From the NCBI GenBank assembly GCA_030141605.1, contig JAQGDQ010002369.1:558001-622000 (forward strand): a stretch of DNA of 64,000 nucleotides, given 5' to 3'. The position numbers and the translations under genes were made by a program. Shown here piece after piece: positions 55,733 through 64,000 of the stretch. The notes beneath the pieces are model-generated. The model was not told the origin of the DNA. It did not search any database and saw only the letters and a program-made list of their open reading frames with translations. This DNA comes from Tubiluchus corallicola (lineage: Eukaryota > Animalia > Priapulida). Position 1 is the first letter of the stretch. Each line of letters opens with the position of its first letter.

Positions 55733-56734
55733 CTAGAATTCGAATCTACCGCCTAAAGTCAAGCCATTGAAAGTGAGATCGCCAGTTGGCAGTAAGTTGT
55801 AAAGAGTGAAGAGCTCCATCTGATCCCACCAGTATTGAGCTTCATAAGCAGCATTGAATGCCAGTAGATAATTCTGACCAAAACAATAAGCCCATTCCAA
55901 ACCGAGAGAAAGTTGAGCATTGGCCCTAAGCCGATAGGGAGAACTATTAGTAACTCTTACCTCTGAAGTAAGTGTGTTTACTGATTCGAGATGTCTTCTA
56001 TATCGATTGTCAAATTGTCCATACAAAAGAGCGATGGATGAGATGCCTTGCACACTGAATCCCCATTCCATGTGGCAATTTCCTTCCATGCCGACTCGGG
56101 GGCCGAGTCCCCATCTTCTCAATTTCGATCGGGTAGAAAGGACTCCATAAAAATCAGGATTTGAAGTGGTAGCGATAATCACATTGTGAAAATCCTGATC
56201 GTAGCTTTGTCGGATCCATGATGCCTGAACTCCCATATGAGGACGGATGGAGAAAACTTTACTGATGAAGTAATCATAGCCAAGTTCTAACTGCCATGAA
56301 TTGAAATAGAGTTTCCATTCAGCGCTTGCATTATTGCCAAAAGTAAGCGGAGATCCTTCAGGGGCATTAACAGGAAATCCTATTAGGACAATAATACCCG
56401 TATTATCATTTGGCAGGCCAGGGACGAAAGAGAATCTTTTGTGGCTATAGTTCATCCACCGGACCATAAGATCCCAATTCGTTTCTCCAAAATCATAGCC
56501 GGCCGATATTCTCAATCCAGCTCCGTATTTAAAATTGATATCTTGAAGCACTATGCTGCTGGGGGGAGGGTTATTCTGAAAGATGACTTGATGAGCTAGA
56601 GTGGGATCGACAGTAAAGGCATATTCTAAATCCTCAGCATCTGCTCTCCACCATAAGAACTCGCCTTTCGTAACGAAGCCCCTTCCAATGCATCCGTGGG
56701 TGGAATGAGTTGTTTGATTCGATGTCTTTTGCAT
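55733..56734 (-). CDS. MOMP/Lpg1974-family porin; the signal peptide is encoded upstream in frame but begins at GTA
   Basis: GEFLWW, GLRISAGY, QLELGY, GLGPRVG, YEAQYWWDQ, GDLTFNGLTLGGRFEF; upstream frame reads (V)KNHFFLSILCICSIASA after GAGAAGG. Confidence 0.8.
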   Translation of the reverse strand: MQKTSNQTTHSTHGCIGRGFVTKGEFLWWRADAEDLEYAFTVDPTLAHQVIFQNNPPPSSIVLQDINFKYGAGLRISAGYDFGETNWDLMVRWMNYSHKRFSFVPGLPNDNTGIIVLIGFPVNAPEGSPLTFGNNASAEWKLYFNSWQLELGYDYFISKVFSIRPHMGVQASWIRQSYDQDFHNVIIATTSNPDFYGVLSTRSKLRRWGLGPRVGMEGNCHMEWGFSVQGISSIALLYGQFDNRYRRHLESVNTLTSEVRVTNSSPYRLRANAQLSLGLEWAYCFGQNYLLAFNAAYEAQYWWDQMELFTLYNLLPTGDLTFNGLTLGGRFEF

Positions 56735-56973
56735 ATGACTCTGCGAGTCATAAGCAGAAGCAATAGAGCAAATGCATAAAATAGAGAGAAAAAAGTGGTT
56801 TTTTACTTGAGTAGCCTTCTCATTGATAATTAGGGCTATTTTTCATCTATATGTTTAAAGTTTTTATTTGAAAACAGAGAAATTGTTTAGGTAACCAATT
56901 TTTTTAAACTTTCTTAATAAGTCGTTAATAACTAGACTTTCCGTCCTAATATAAATTAGTTCAGAGGAATTCT

Positions 56974-57639
56974 ATGCAGGTCCCAGAAATTCATTCATCA
57001 ACTCCTTCTTTGCAACCGAAAGTCGATACTCATATTCAAAGCCGCTCATCAGGGGGTATCTCTGATGTACGGGATGTGCTTCATTCTTCTGGTGGAAGTG
57101 GATTTATCCAATCTTGTGTGAATGGTATTTTCCACACGATTGCATCTGTATTTTGCACGATCAAAGATACAGCCTGCTGGTTTTTGAACTGCTGCAGCAA
57201 GAAAGAAGAAGTGGAAGTTTCTGACTTGGCTCCGGCAAAGGAAGAATCTCAAGCATCTTTGGTCCCAGAGGAGATCCAAATTGCTATGGATGTTCAGGAT
57301 TCCCTAAGAGAAGGTAATTTGACCCCACGGGAACTTTTGAAGTATTTCCAAGTGTATGTCAGCACACAGCAGCAAAAAGAGATCTACATAGCTTTAGGAC
57401 TAAAAGCTCATGATGCAAGAGGAAGGACGGAAAGATTGAAATCTTACTGGGATGCTCCAACGCACACCTATAAGGTCAACATCTCAAAAGATCCTGAAAT
57501 CCGTACTCTAGAAATGGAAACGAAAGGCAGACTCCTGGTTCAGGAGAATCCTCTTCAGGAACGAGTCATTGCAGCTCTTGCTTATGGACTGGATGCATAC
57601 ATCAATGAGGGGATGCAAAGAGCCACTCAAGCACTATAA
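56974..57639 (+). CDS. hypothetical protein (Ser-rich N-terminus, effector-like)
   Basis: 221 aa; AGAGGA RBS; AT-rich promoter. Confidence 0.6.
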   Translation: MQVPEIHSSTPSLQPKVDTHIQSRSSGGISDVRDVLHSSGGSGFIQSCVNGIFHTIASVFCTIKDTACWFLNCCSKKEEVEVSDLAPAKEESQASLVPEEIQIAMDVQDSLREGNLTPRELLKYFQVYVSTQQQKEIYIALGLKAHDARGRTERLKSYWDAPTHTYKVNISKDPEIRTLEMETKGRLLVQENPLQERVIAALAYGLDAYINEGMQRATQAL

Positions 57640-57649
57640 CGAACTATTT

Positions 57650-57844
57650 CTAGCGGGGAGATTTCTTCTCAGAATCTCCCTTGCAAGCTTCACATCTATT
57701 TATTTCACATTGTTTTTTAGAGTTTGGAAGGTGCCCGCAGCCTTTTGTTAGCTTGGGCTTCCCAGTAATAATCAATCCGATCCCTAATCCGATCAAACAA
57801 ATCAGTACTAGTACGATCGCAAAAAGAATGGTCTTAAAGAGCAT
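57650..57844 (-). CDS. small membrane protein with a Cys-rich tail (NqrM/DUF539-like)
   Basis: TM helix followed by KGCG...C...C..C. Confidence 0.55.
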   Translation of the reverse strand: MLFKTILFAIVLVLICLIGLGIGLIITGKPKLTKGCGHLPNSKKQCEINRCEACKGDSEKKSPR

Positions 57845-57850
57845 CTTTGA

Positions 57851-59758
57851 TTATTTTTTCTTGGTCTTTTTAGAAGAAGAAGGAGCACCTGCTTCTAGAT
57901 CGACCCAGATCGGCGAGCTCCATGCAATGTGGCCATTTTTCTGAGTGGCTCGAAGATAATAAAAGATGGAAGGAGGATGTTCGCCAGCTTTCATCACTAG
58001 ATCTTCAAGAGGGTCCATATCATCGATTTCGAATTCGAACTGATATTCTTTTGGTTCGAAAGTGCGGAAGATTTTTCCATTCCGGAGGATTTGAACTTCC
58101 TCCACAGAATCAGTTCCAATGACATATCCTGTGCTGTGTCTATTAAAAAACAGACCGGGCTTTTCTTTTGTGGAGACTTCAGATCCCATAGGAAATCCGG
58201 CGATACTCATACCGACGATGATTCTCTCACCGGTCGTTGCATAGCAAGATCTTCGATACAATGCGTCCATCAAGGAAGCTCGGGTTTGATCTTTTGCCAA
58301 AATAGCTGTGAGTCCGGGAGAGTATTGAGTCTGGTCGGAATCATAAAAATCAGAGTAGATTCCACGGTCATCCAAACCTCCGGCTACGAATCCAAAACGG
58401 CAGCCTTTAAGAAGTGCTCTGAGAACCGAGCCTTCTTGTACTTCGCCGATTGATTTCTTTCCAGATCCTTCAATGGGACACGGGTTTCCTTCTTTTGCTG
58501 TTAACTCAGAAGAGCCCCAGGCATTGTAAATCTCAACCACACGTTCAAAATCAGGATTGAAGTCATCGAAATTGAAGCTAGTTCCTTTTCCCATGGTAAA
58601 AGAAGGAACGGAAAGGAGTTCTTTCGGCTGGATGCTTTTATAGATTTTTTTCAGTGAGTTGGTCTTCGTGTCTTTTTTCCTGAAGATCGGCTTGCTGTCT
58701 TTGAGGTAGATCATTTGACGCACCCCTTCTTCTTTTGGTTCTCCCACATATTGAAAACCCAGAAAAGCGACAAATCGTTCATCTTCGTTGAATTCAGTGG
58801 TTTGCTGGTTGATGAGTTTCCAGATATCGGAAGAGGTTTCTTCCTCGCTGTCAAAAGAGGATGTTGCAAAGAACTGGAAGGCTTTTTCATCTCTGAAATG
58901 TCTCAAGCATGTCTCGATGTTCTCATCAGAGTCGACTCTTTGGGACTCTCCGTGAAGAAGTCCCCAGAATAATTGGGTCTCTTCGGAAGCAAAGCATTTG
59001 ATAGGAGGAGAAAAGAAGGTCTCTTCATTAGAAAGGTTCTTCAATTGAATTTTGTAGATGCCTGGTTCGTTGAAGTAAAGGTTGGGAAGAGTGATGAAAC
59101 CTGTCTCAGGAACAAAAAGCTTCCAGTTGAGGTTTTCCCGAAGATGTTCATAAGAAAGATCGATGAGTGTTCCTTCAGGTGCATTTGCAGTGAGATTCCC
59201 GAATTTGTCTTCGAACCGGACGATGATATCGAATCGTTTGTTTCTTGAGACTAGAGATGGGGTGATGATTTTAAGGTTGTTCAGGACGTTTCCCCTGATA
59301 TCGATATGGAATGTCTCAGGATCGCGGAAGTCACCCTTTCCTTTGGGGTCGATGTAGAGAAGGAAGGGCTTTCTTCGTTGTACATTACACTGGACGGTGT
59401 TTCCCTTTTTCTCCAGGTTACCTTCATCAGTCGTACCCAAGCAGATGGTCAGAGTTTCTGAGGCTTTCAGTTCGGCAGGGAGTGCAAAGATAAATTGAGA
59501 AGGATTTTCATCATCTTTGACCCATTCAGGAGTGAGGGCTTTTTTGCTGGATGCAATCTCTCCCCAAATAAGATTGGACTTGTCTTTCGATTGGGTTTTA
59601 GGAATTTGCCAGTCGAGGGTTCTGCCTTGGCTTTGAAGATCAAACTTTAGTTTGGTTCCTTTGGGAAGATTGTTGGCAGTTGTATAAAAGAACCTCCAAA
59701 TGCCTGTTTGGCCTGCAAGGGCGAAGTTGGGTTCGGAATAACAAATCGATCTTCTCAT
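57851..59758 (-). CDS. DUF3604-like conserved chlamydial protein
   Basis: WGLLHGES, VEIYNAWGSSE, FGFVAGGLDD, YATTG.RI, YYLR..Q.NG..AWSSPIW. Confidence 0.8.
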   Translation of the reverse strand: MRRSICYSEPNFALAGQTGIWRFFYTTANNLPKGTKLKFDLQSQGRTLDWQIPKTQSKDKSNLIWGEIASSKKALTPEWVKDDENPSQFIFALPAELKASETLTICLGTTDEGNLEKKGNTVQCNVQRRKPFLLYIDPKGKGDFRDPETFHIDIRGNVLNNLKIITPSLVSRNKRFDIIVRFEDKFGNLTANAPEGTLIDLSYEHLRENLNWKLFVPETGFITLPNLYFNEPGIYKIQLKNLSNEETFFSPPIKCFASEETQLFWGLLHGESQRVDSDENIETCLRHFRDEKAFQFFATSSFDSEEETSSDIWKLINQQTTEFNEDERFVAFLGFQYVGEPKEEGVRQMIYLKDSKPIFRKKDTKTNSLKKIYKSIQPKELLSVPSFTMGKGTSFNFDDFNPDFERVVEIYNAWGSSELTAKEGNPCPIEGSGKKSIGEVQEGSVLRALLKGCRFGFVAGGLDDRGIYSDFYDSDQTQYSPGLTAILAKDQTRASLMDALYRRSCYATTGERIIVGMSIAGFPMGSEVSTKEKPGLFFNRHSTGYVIGTDSVEEVQILRNGKIFRTFEPKEYQFEFEIDDMDPLEDLVMKAGEHPPSIFYYLRATQKNGHIAWSSPIWVDLEAGAPSSSKKTKKK

Positions 59759-59832
59759 AGCAAGTCCTGTAACAGTGAATTTTTGAAGGATTTATTTTGC
59801 CTTAGAAATGGATACAAATCAAGTCTGCGATG

Positions 59833-61128
59833 TCAGCCTTTTTTCAAAGAAGTAATTCGTATTCTTTCTATAGAGCGGTCATTGGAGTTTAAAACTTCTA
59901 ATTCAAATTCGTCAGAGTGGAGTTTCCATCCTTTGGAAGGAATCGTCCCTGCTCTATGAAAGACATACCCACCTATGGTCTCATATTCAGGACTATGGGG
60001 AATATGGATGTGAAGTTTTTCTTCAATATCAATAATGCTCATCTTGGCATCTACTACGAAGCCGCCGCCGGGAAGTTTCCAGAACTGGGCCTCCTCTTCG
60101 ATGTCGTATTCGTCTTCGATCTCTCCCACCAGCTCTTCCAAGATATCTTCTATGGTGACGATTCCTTCTGTTCCCCCATATTCATCAACAACAATGGCGA
60201 GGTGGATCTGTTTATTCCTGAATTCCTGAAGGAGATGGGAGATTCGCTTATTCTCAGGAGTAAACAAAACCGGTTTGACGATTTTTTCGACAGGGACCTG
60301 AAGGGATTCTTTTGAGCCGTTCTCGTAGACTTCCAGGAGGTCCTTGGAATAAAGCACGCCAATGATCTCATCAAGGGTTTCCCGATATACGGGGATGCGG
60401 CTGTATCCTTCATCGATGAAAAGGCGGGTTGCCTCATGAAGCGTAGCGGTATTTTCAAGAAAGGTGACATCGACTCTTGGGATCATGATTTCACGAGCGA
60501 CCTTTTCCCGAAAGGTAATGAAAGAAGTAATCAGTTTTTGATCAAAGGCATCCAGATGCTGGCTTAGTTCTGTTTCATTGATCATTTCCCGGACTCGTTC
60601 ACGGATGAGAAAAAAGCTCTCGGGCTGTTCATAGATATGAGATACTTGAAAAAGGGCTCGGATTATCTTGAGGAGTATTCCGACAATCGGGAAAAAAAAC
60701 GTCAAGAATATGGAAGCAATCGGAGCTGAAAAACGGAGCATACCCTTCGACCAGAGAGTAGCCAAAAGCCGGGTGCAAAAGTCGAGAACGATCGAAATGG
60801 CGATGATTCCCAAGGCAATCAAAATCAGTTCTACCCAGCCTAAAGTTTGATGGATGTGGTTTGCAAAATAGAAAAAAGCAGTCGTTGCGTATAGAAGAGA
60901 GAGAAGATGGCGGGTAAAACTCAAGCTATAGTAGAGGTTTTCCCATTCGTCTTTGGGAAAAAATTTCTTCATCAAGGTGAAGAAAAAGAAGGATCTGGTG
61001 CGCAAAGGATCTTTCGCCTTGATCTTCCCCAGTTGGAGGAGAGAAGTACTCAGCATTGTGAGCATTGCGGATCCAAACAGGAAAATGAGTGGCAGGATGG
61101 GGAACCAGTCGAAGATTTGAGATTTCAT
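59833..61128 (-). CDS. hemolysin/CorC family CBS-domain transporter
   Basis: N-terminal TMs, AREIMIPR, GYSRIPVY, AIVVDEYGGTEGIVTIEDILEELVGEI. Confidence 0.9.
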   Translation of the reverse strand: MKSQIFDWFPILPLIFLFGSAMLTMLSTSLLQLGKIKAKDPLRTRSFFFFTLMKKFFPKDEWENLYYSLSFTRHLLSLLYATTAFFYFANHIHQTLGWVELILIALGIIAISIVLDFCTRLLATLWSKGMLRFSAPIASIFLTFFFPIVGILLKIIRALFQVSHIYEQPESFFLIRERVREMINETELSQHLDAFDQKLITSFITFREKVAREIMIPRVDVTFLENTATLHEATRLFIDEGYSRIPVYRETLDEIIGVLYSKDLLEVYENGSKESLQVPVEKIVKPVLFTPENKRISHLLQEFRNKQIHLAIVVDEYGGTEGIVTIEDILEELVGEIEDEYDIEEEAQFWKLPGGGFVVDAKMSIIDIEEKLHIHIPHSPEYETIGGYVFHRAGTIPSKGWKLHSDEFELEVLNSNDRSIERIRITSLKKG

Positions 61129-61138
61129 GAAAGAAGAG

Positions 61139-61606
61139 TTACTTTGCAGTTGTTGCCTTTAATAGATCCATACAACTTTTTTCTTTTTTTCGCATGATAC
61201 TTTGTTCTTCTTCAGTGAGATCATTATAGCCGATGAGGTGTAAAAGGCCATGAATGAGATAAAGGAGGGCTTCTTCTTCAGGATCTTGTCCATGTTCCTT
61301 TGCATACTCGATAGCGATATCAGTACAGATGAAAACCATCCCTAAGAAGCAGAATCCATTCTCGTTAGGATTATCGATGGGAAAGGAGATGCAATCGGTA
61401 GGAGAAGGGTCCTGAAAAAATTCATTGTGGAGAATACAAATTTTTTCTTGATCAACCAGATGAATTTCCACCTCATCGCATGAGATTTTTTCAGATTCAA
61501 GGACGCACAAAACAGCCTCTCTCATAGTATCATGAGAGAGGGATAAAGCTTTTTGCTCGTCGATGATGGAAATATTTATGAGCCTATCCAAAATATGTTT
61601 CGTCAA
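61139..61606 (-). CDS. ybeY: rRNA maturation endoribonuclease YbeY (start region altered by a palindromic element)
   Basis: PTDCISFP, LG.VFI, IHGLLHLIGYND. Confidence 0.9.
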   Translation of the reverse strand: MTKHILDRLINISIIDEQKALSLSHDTMREAVLCVLESEKISCDEVEIHLVDQEKICILHNEFFQDPSPTDCISFPIDNPNENGFCFLGMVFICTDIAIEYAKEHGQDPEEEALLYLIHGLLHLIGYNDLTEEEQSIMRKKEKSCMDLLKATTAK

Positions 61607-61744
61607 TTTTCGGAGCCATTTTGGCCAATTTTAGAAAGTTGTTCGAGCAGTAATATCCACACGGAATATGAATCCTCGAACAATTTTTTAAACTTGGCTC
61701 AAAAGAGCCCTAAAATCGACAGATACCTGTTTTGGGATAGGTTC
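61580..61744. mobile_element. 165-bp palindromic element (MITE/RPE-like), family B
   Basis: Ends GAGCCTATCCAAAA / TTTTGGGATAGGTTC; nested imperfect inner IRs (TTGTTCGAG/CTCGAACAA). Confidence 0.8.
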
Positions 61745-61904
61745 ATGATTGTAATGTAGGAGTCTTAGGGAGGCCGGTGGCTTTTTTCTTTCCTTCCTGC
61801 CATTTCCCAAGCTTGCGGAGAACCTCGATTCTTTCGAAGCGCTTCAAGACATTTCTTTTTTTGACTCCCTTATTCGCTTTTCCATAGCTATTGTGCCTGG
61901 ACAT
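61743..61904 (-). CDS. small basic protein (PVC superphylum signature protein)
   Basis: MSRHNSYGK...KRNVLKRFERIEVLRKLGKW...ATGLPKTP, 53 aa; below the ORF track cutoff. Confidence 0.9.
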   Translation of the reverse strand: MSRHNSYGKANKGVKKRNVLKRFERIEVLRKLGKWQEGKKKATGLPKTPTLQS

Positions 61905-61916
61905 GAGTTCCTCTAT

Positions 61917-62090
61917 CTACTTAATTTTTGCAATGAATGAATGTTTAGCCTGATCGCCGGAGAGAACGTTAGGATGTTCTTTAAAACCTAAATTTAATTT
62001 GTCTTTTTTAGGTCCCGTTTTCAAAGCTGGTTTTTGGTTTTTTTTTGGGCAGCGGGCTCGTCTTTCGCCCTTTTTGCTCATTCTAGTCAT
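61917..62090 (-). CDS. small Lys/Arg-rich chlamydial protein
   Basis: MTRMSKKGERRARCPKK..., 57 aa; GGGAG RBS; directly upstream of the small basic protein. Confidence 0.7.
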   Translation of the reverse strand: MTRMSKKGERRARCPKKNQKPALKTGPKKDKLNLGFKEHPNVLSGDQAKHSFIAKIK

Positions 62091-62175
62091 TTTAGCTCCC
62101 AGTCAAAATTGTTGGAATCATTATAGGGATTTTTCTCAATAGACTCAAGAGTTAGATAATCTGATGCGTTCATCT

Positions 62176-62592
62176 TTATCGGGCTTCGATGATCCAGCCT
62201 AACGATTTGTAGGCTTCGAAACGCTTTCGTGAAAGCATTTTTTTATTCAAACTGGTCAAGTCCTCCAGTTCATAGACGATCTGGAATGTATCCAGGAGGA
62301 GGGGAGTCGGCCGGAGATTGAAGATAAAACGGGACCGTTTGAAGTCCTCTTTTTTTTGGGTGATCACGATCCAATCATCACTATCTTCTTGAGAAGTAGA
62401 ATGAGGAAGAAAACTCTCAGCAGGCTGTTTCCAAAGGAGCTCATTGACGAATTCTTCGGCCTTGTCATCAGGCGCAAAAATTAGAAAATGTTCTTTCCGT
62501 CCAAAGTGGAAAGAAGCCATGTCACAAATCCTCGAAAGCTTTTCCTTCGTCGTTTTCACCTGGAAAAAGACGACTCGTGAATTACTCTTCAT
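62176..62592 (-). CDS. holC: DNA polymerase III subunit chi
   Basis: LLW...ESFLPH, FNL, R.RF..YK..G. Confidence 0.8.
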   Translation of the reverse strand: MKSNSRVVFFQVKTTKEKLSRICDMASFHFGRKEHFLIFAPDDKAEEFVNELLWKQPAESFLPHSTSQEDSDDWIVITQKKEDFKRSRFIFNLRPTPLLLDTFQIVYELEDLTSLNKKMLSRKRFEAYKSLGWIIEAR

Positions 62593-63226
62593 CTTTTCGC
62601 TCCTGACCCGGAAGGATCATTCCACATGATACCGTGAATTTGACCGCATCTTCATTGGACATGTCGATCGATTTGACATCATCTTCGGCCATCATCAGTA
62701 GGTATCCTGAGATAGGGTGAGGAGCTGTTGGGACAAAAACAGGGACAAGCTTTTTTTCTACAGACTTTTGGCAGGCCTCAGGAACATCGCCAGTCTCAAA
62801 TCCAACACAATAACTATGAGGAGAGGGAAAGGGAACAAGCACAGGACGTTTGAAGGCTTTGCTTCCTTTACTGCCGAATAGGGCGGAGGCAATGTCTGTT
62901 GTGACTTTATAAATCGTCTTCACAAAAGGAATCTTTGAGAAGATCCAATTCATGAATTTGAGAATCGAACGGAAGAAAAACCATCGTGCGATGACTCCCA
63001 GAAGGAAGATGAGAACAACGATCAAAATCAGGCTGATGATACGGGCGATGATCTGAACACCCTCATCAGATTTGATCAGGGGATGTGTTTTTTCAAACTG
63101 GTAGATGAAGTCTTTTACAATATCGACAAAAGGAGTCGTGAAAAGATCGACGACAAAGACAATAACGACAATTGTCAAGACTAGAGGAAGAAGAATGGCA
63201 AGTCCCGTAAGGAAGTATTTTCTCAT
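62582..63226 (-). CDS. DUF502 family membrane protein
   Basis: KYFLTGLAILLP, KIPFVKTIY, VFVPTAPHPISG. Confidence 0.9.
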   Translation of the reverse strand: MRKYFLTGLAILLPLVLTIVVIVFVVDLFTTPFVDIVKDFIYQFEKTHPLIKSDEGVQIIARIISLILIVVLIFLLGVIARWFFFRSILKFMNWIFSKIPFVKTIYKVTTDIASALFGSKGSKAFKRPVLVPFPSPHSYCVGFETGDVPEACQKSVEKKLVPVFVPTAPHPISGYLLMMAEDDVKSIDMSNEDAVKFTVSCGMILPGQERKDEE

Positions 63227-63871
63227 TCAGACATTTCCTTTTTTTTCTGGAACAATCACACCGCAGGAGACGATATATTTCACCGCATCTTCAGTTTTCA
63301 TATCGATAAAGATCAAATCTTCTTTTTTAAACATCAAAAGAAACCCGGTCGTAGGGTTAGGGGTCGTAGGGATAAAGACAGAAATAAGTTCGCCACTTGC
63401 CGCTTCCTCACATGTTTTGGGAGACTCTCTGCTGACCAGTCCTAAAGAATACGTTCCTTTGAAAGGAAACGGAGCCATGACGACCTGTTTGAATGAGTTT
63501 TTATCGGAGGCAAAAAGAGTTTTGATGATCTCCTGGGTCGTCTTATAGACCTTATTGACCAAAGGGATCTTGTGAAGGATTTTGTCACTGAGGCGTATGA
63601 GGCCTTTGAAAATAAACCATCGTGCTAAGAACCCCAATCCCACTGTAACTAAGAAAAGACCGATCAAAATGGTGAGCTGGCTTCCATATCGAATAACCTG
63701 TTCGGGAGTCAAAAATAGAAATCCGATTTCACTGATCCGGGTATGGGAAAGAATCTTTATCACAAGTCCCATGAAGGGCTTGGTCAAAAAGTTGACGACA
63801 AAGATCACTACGGCAATGGTTACAGCCAATGGGAGGAGGATCGCTAGCCCGGTGAGAAAATATTTTTTCAT
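63227..63871 (-). CDS. DUF502 family membrane protein (tandem paralog)
   Basis: KYFLTGLAILLP, KIPLVNKVY, VFIPTTPNPTTG. Confidence 0.9.
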   Translation of the reverse strand: MKKYFLTGLAILLPLAVTIAVVIFVVNFLTKPFMGLVIKILSHTRISEIGFLFLTPEQVIRYGSQLTILIGLFLVTVGLGFLARWFIFKGLIRLSDKILHKIPLVNKVYKTTQEIIKTLFASDKNSFKQVVMAPFPFKGTYSLGLVSRESPKTCEEAASGELISVFIPTTPNPTTGFLLMFKKEDLIFIDMKTEDAVKYIVSCGVIVPEKKGNV

Positions 63872-63933
63872 AATTCACCTGAAAAATAAGGATTCAATAT
63901 CTGGTTTTTAGACTTATTTTGCAATACTGGTCC

Positions 63934-63981
63934 TTGAACCTATCCCAAAAATCGATGAAAAATGTCTCGGGATAGGTTCAA
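63934..63981. mobile_element. 48-bp short copy of the family B palindromic element
   Basis: Perfect 13-bp IR TTGAACCTATCCC / GGGATAGGTTCAA. Confidence 0.7.
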
Positions 63982-64000
63982 TGCGAGGAGGCGAGACGGA

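Noticed and set aside
61553-61759. 68-aa + strand ORF, or an in-frame RPE-style insertion in ybeY
   Set aside because: It is the open frame of the palindromic element on the wrong strand; all minus-strand frames contain stops.

Overview
This looks like a chromosomal segment of an environmental chlamydia (Chlamydiota; Simkaniaceae/Rhabdochlamydiaceae-like, inferred from the PVC small basic protein, the dciA-gyrB-gyrA-tmk..holB and xseAB-dxs-nadK/tpiA-secG-def gene orders, and MOMP-like porins). The housekeeping backbone is intact: a classical menaquinone cluster (menG-F-D-H-B-A-C-E), typA, mgtE, gyrBA, tmk, holB, nadK, dxs, xseAB, tpiA, secG, def, lptD-like, maf, ybeY and holC. It is interspersed with orphan, eukaryote-like effector genes behind very AT-rich promoters. 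Main discovery (38.4-44.5 kb): an array of three putative ubiquitin-system enzymes (U-box-like E3, RBR/Parkin-type E3, CE-clan deubiquitinase). Each is followed by a copy of the 3' end of the neighbouring GMC oxidoreductase gene, which forms a perfect hairpin in the two extra copies. One is preceded by a decayed second secG-def copy, and two share a C-terminal membrane anchor. Other highlights: a ~1,100-aa GH16 glucanase split by a 5x20-bp frame-switching repeat; a frameshifted secreted GH64 glucanase among beta-barrel genes; ~165-bp palindromic elements, with two copies of one family sitting on start codons; and frameshifts confined to accessory genes. No tRNA, rRNA, CRISPR array or transposase was seen. 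All domain calls come from visual motif recognition, not database searches.
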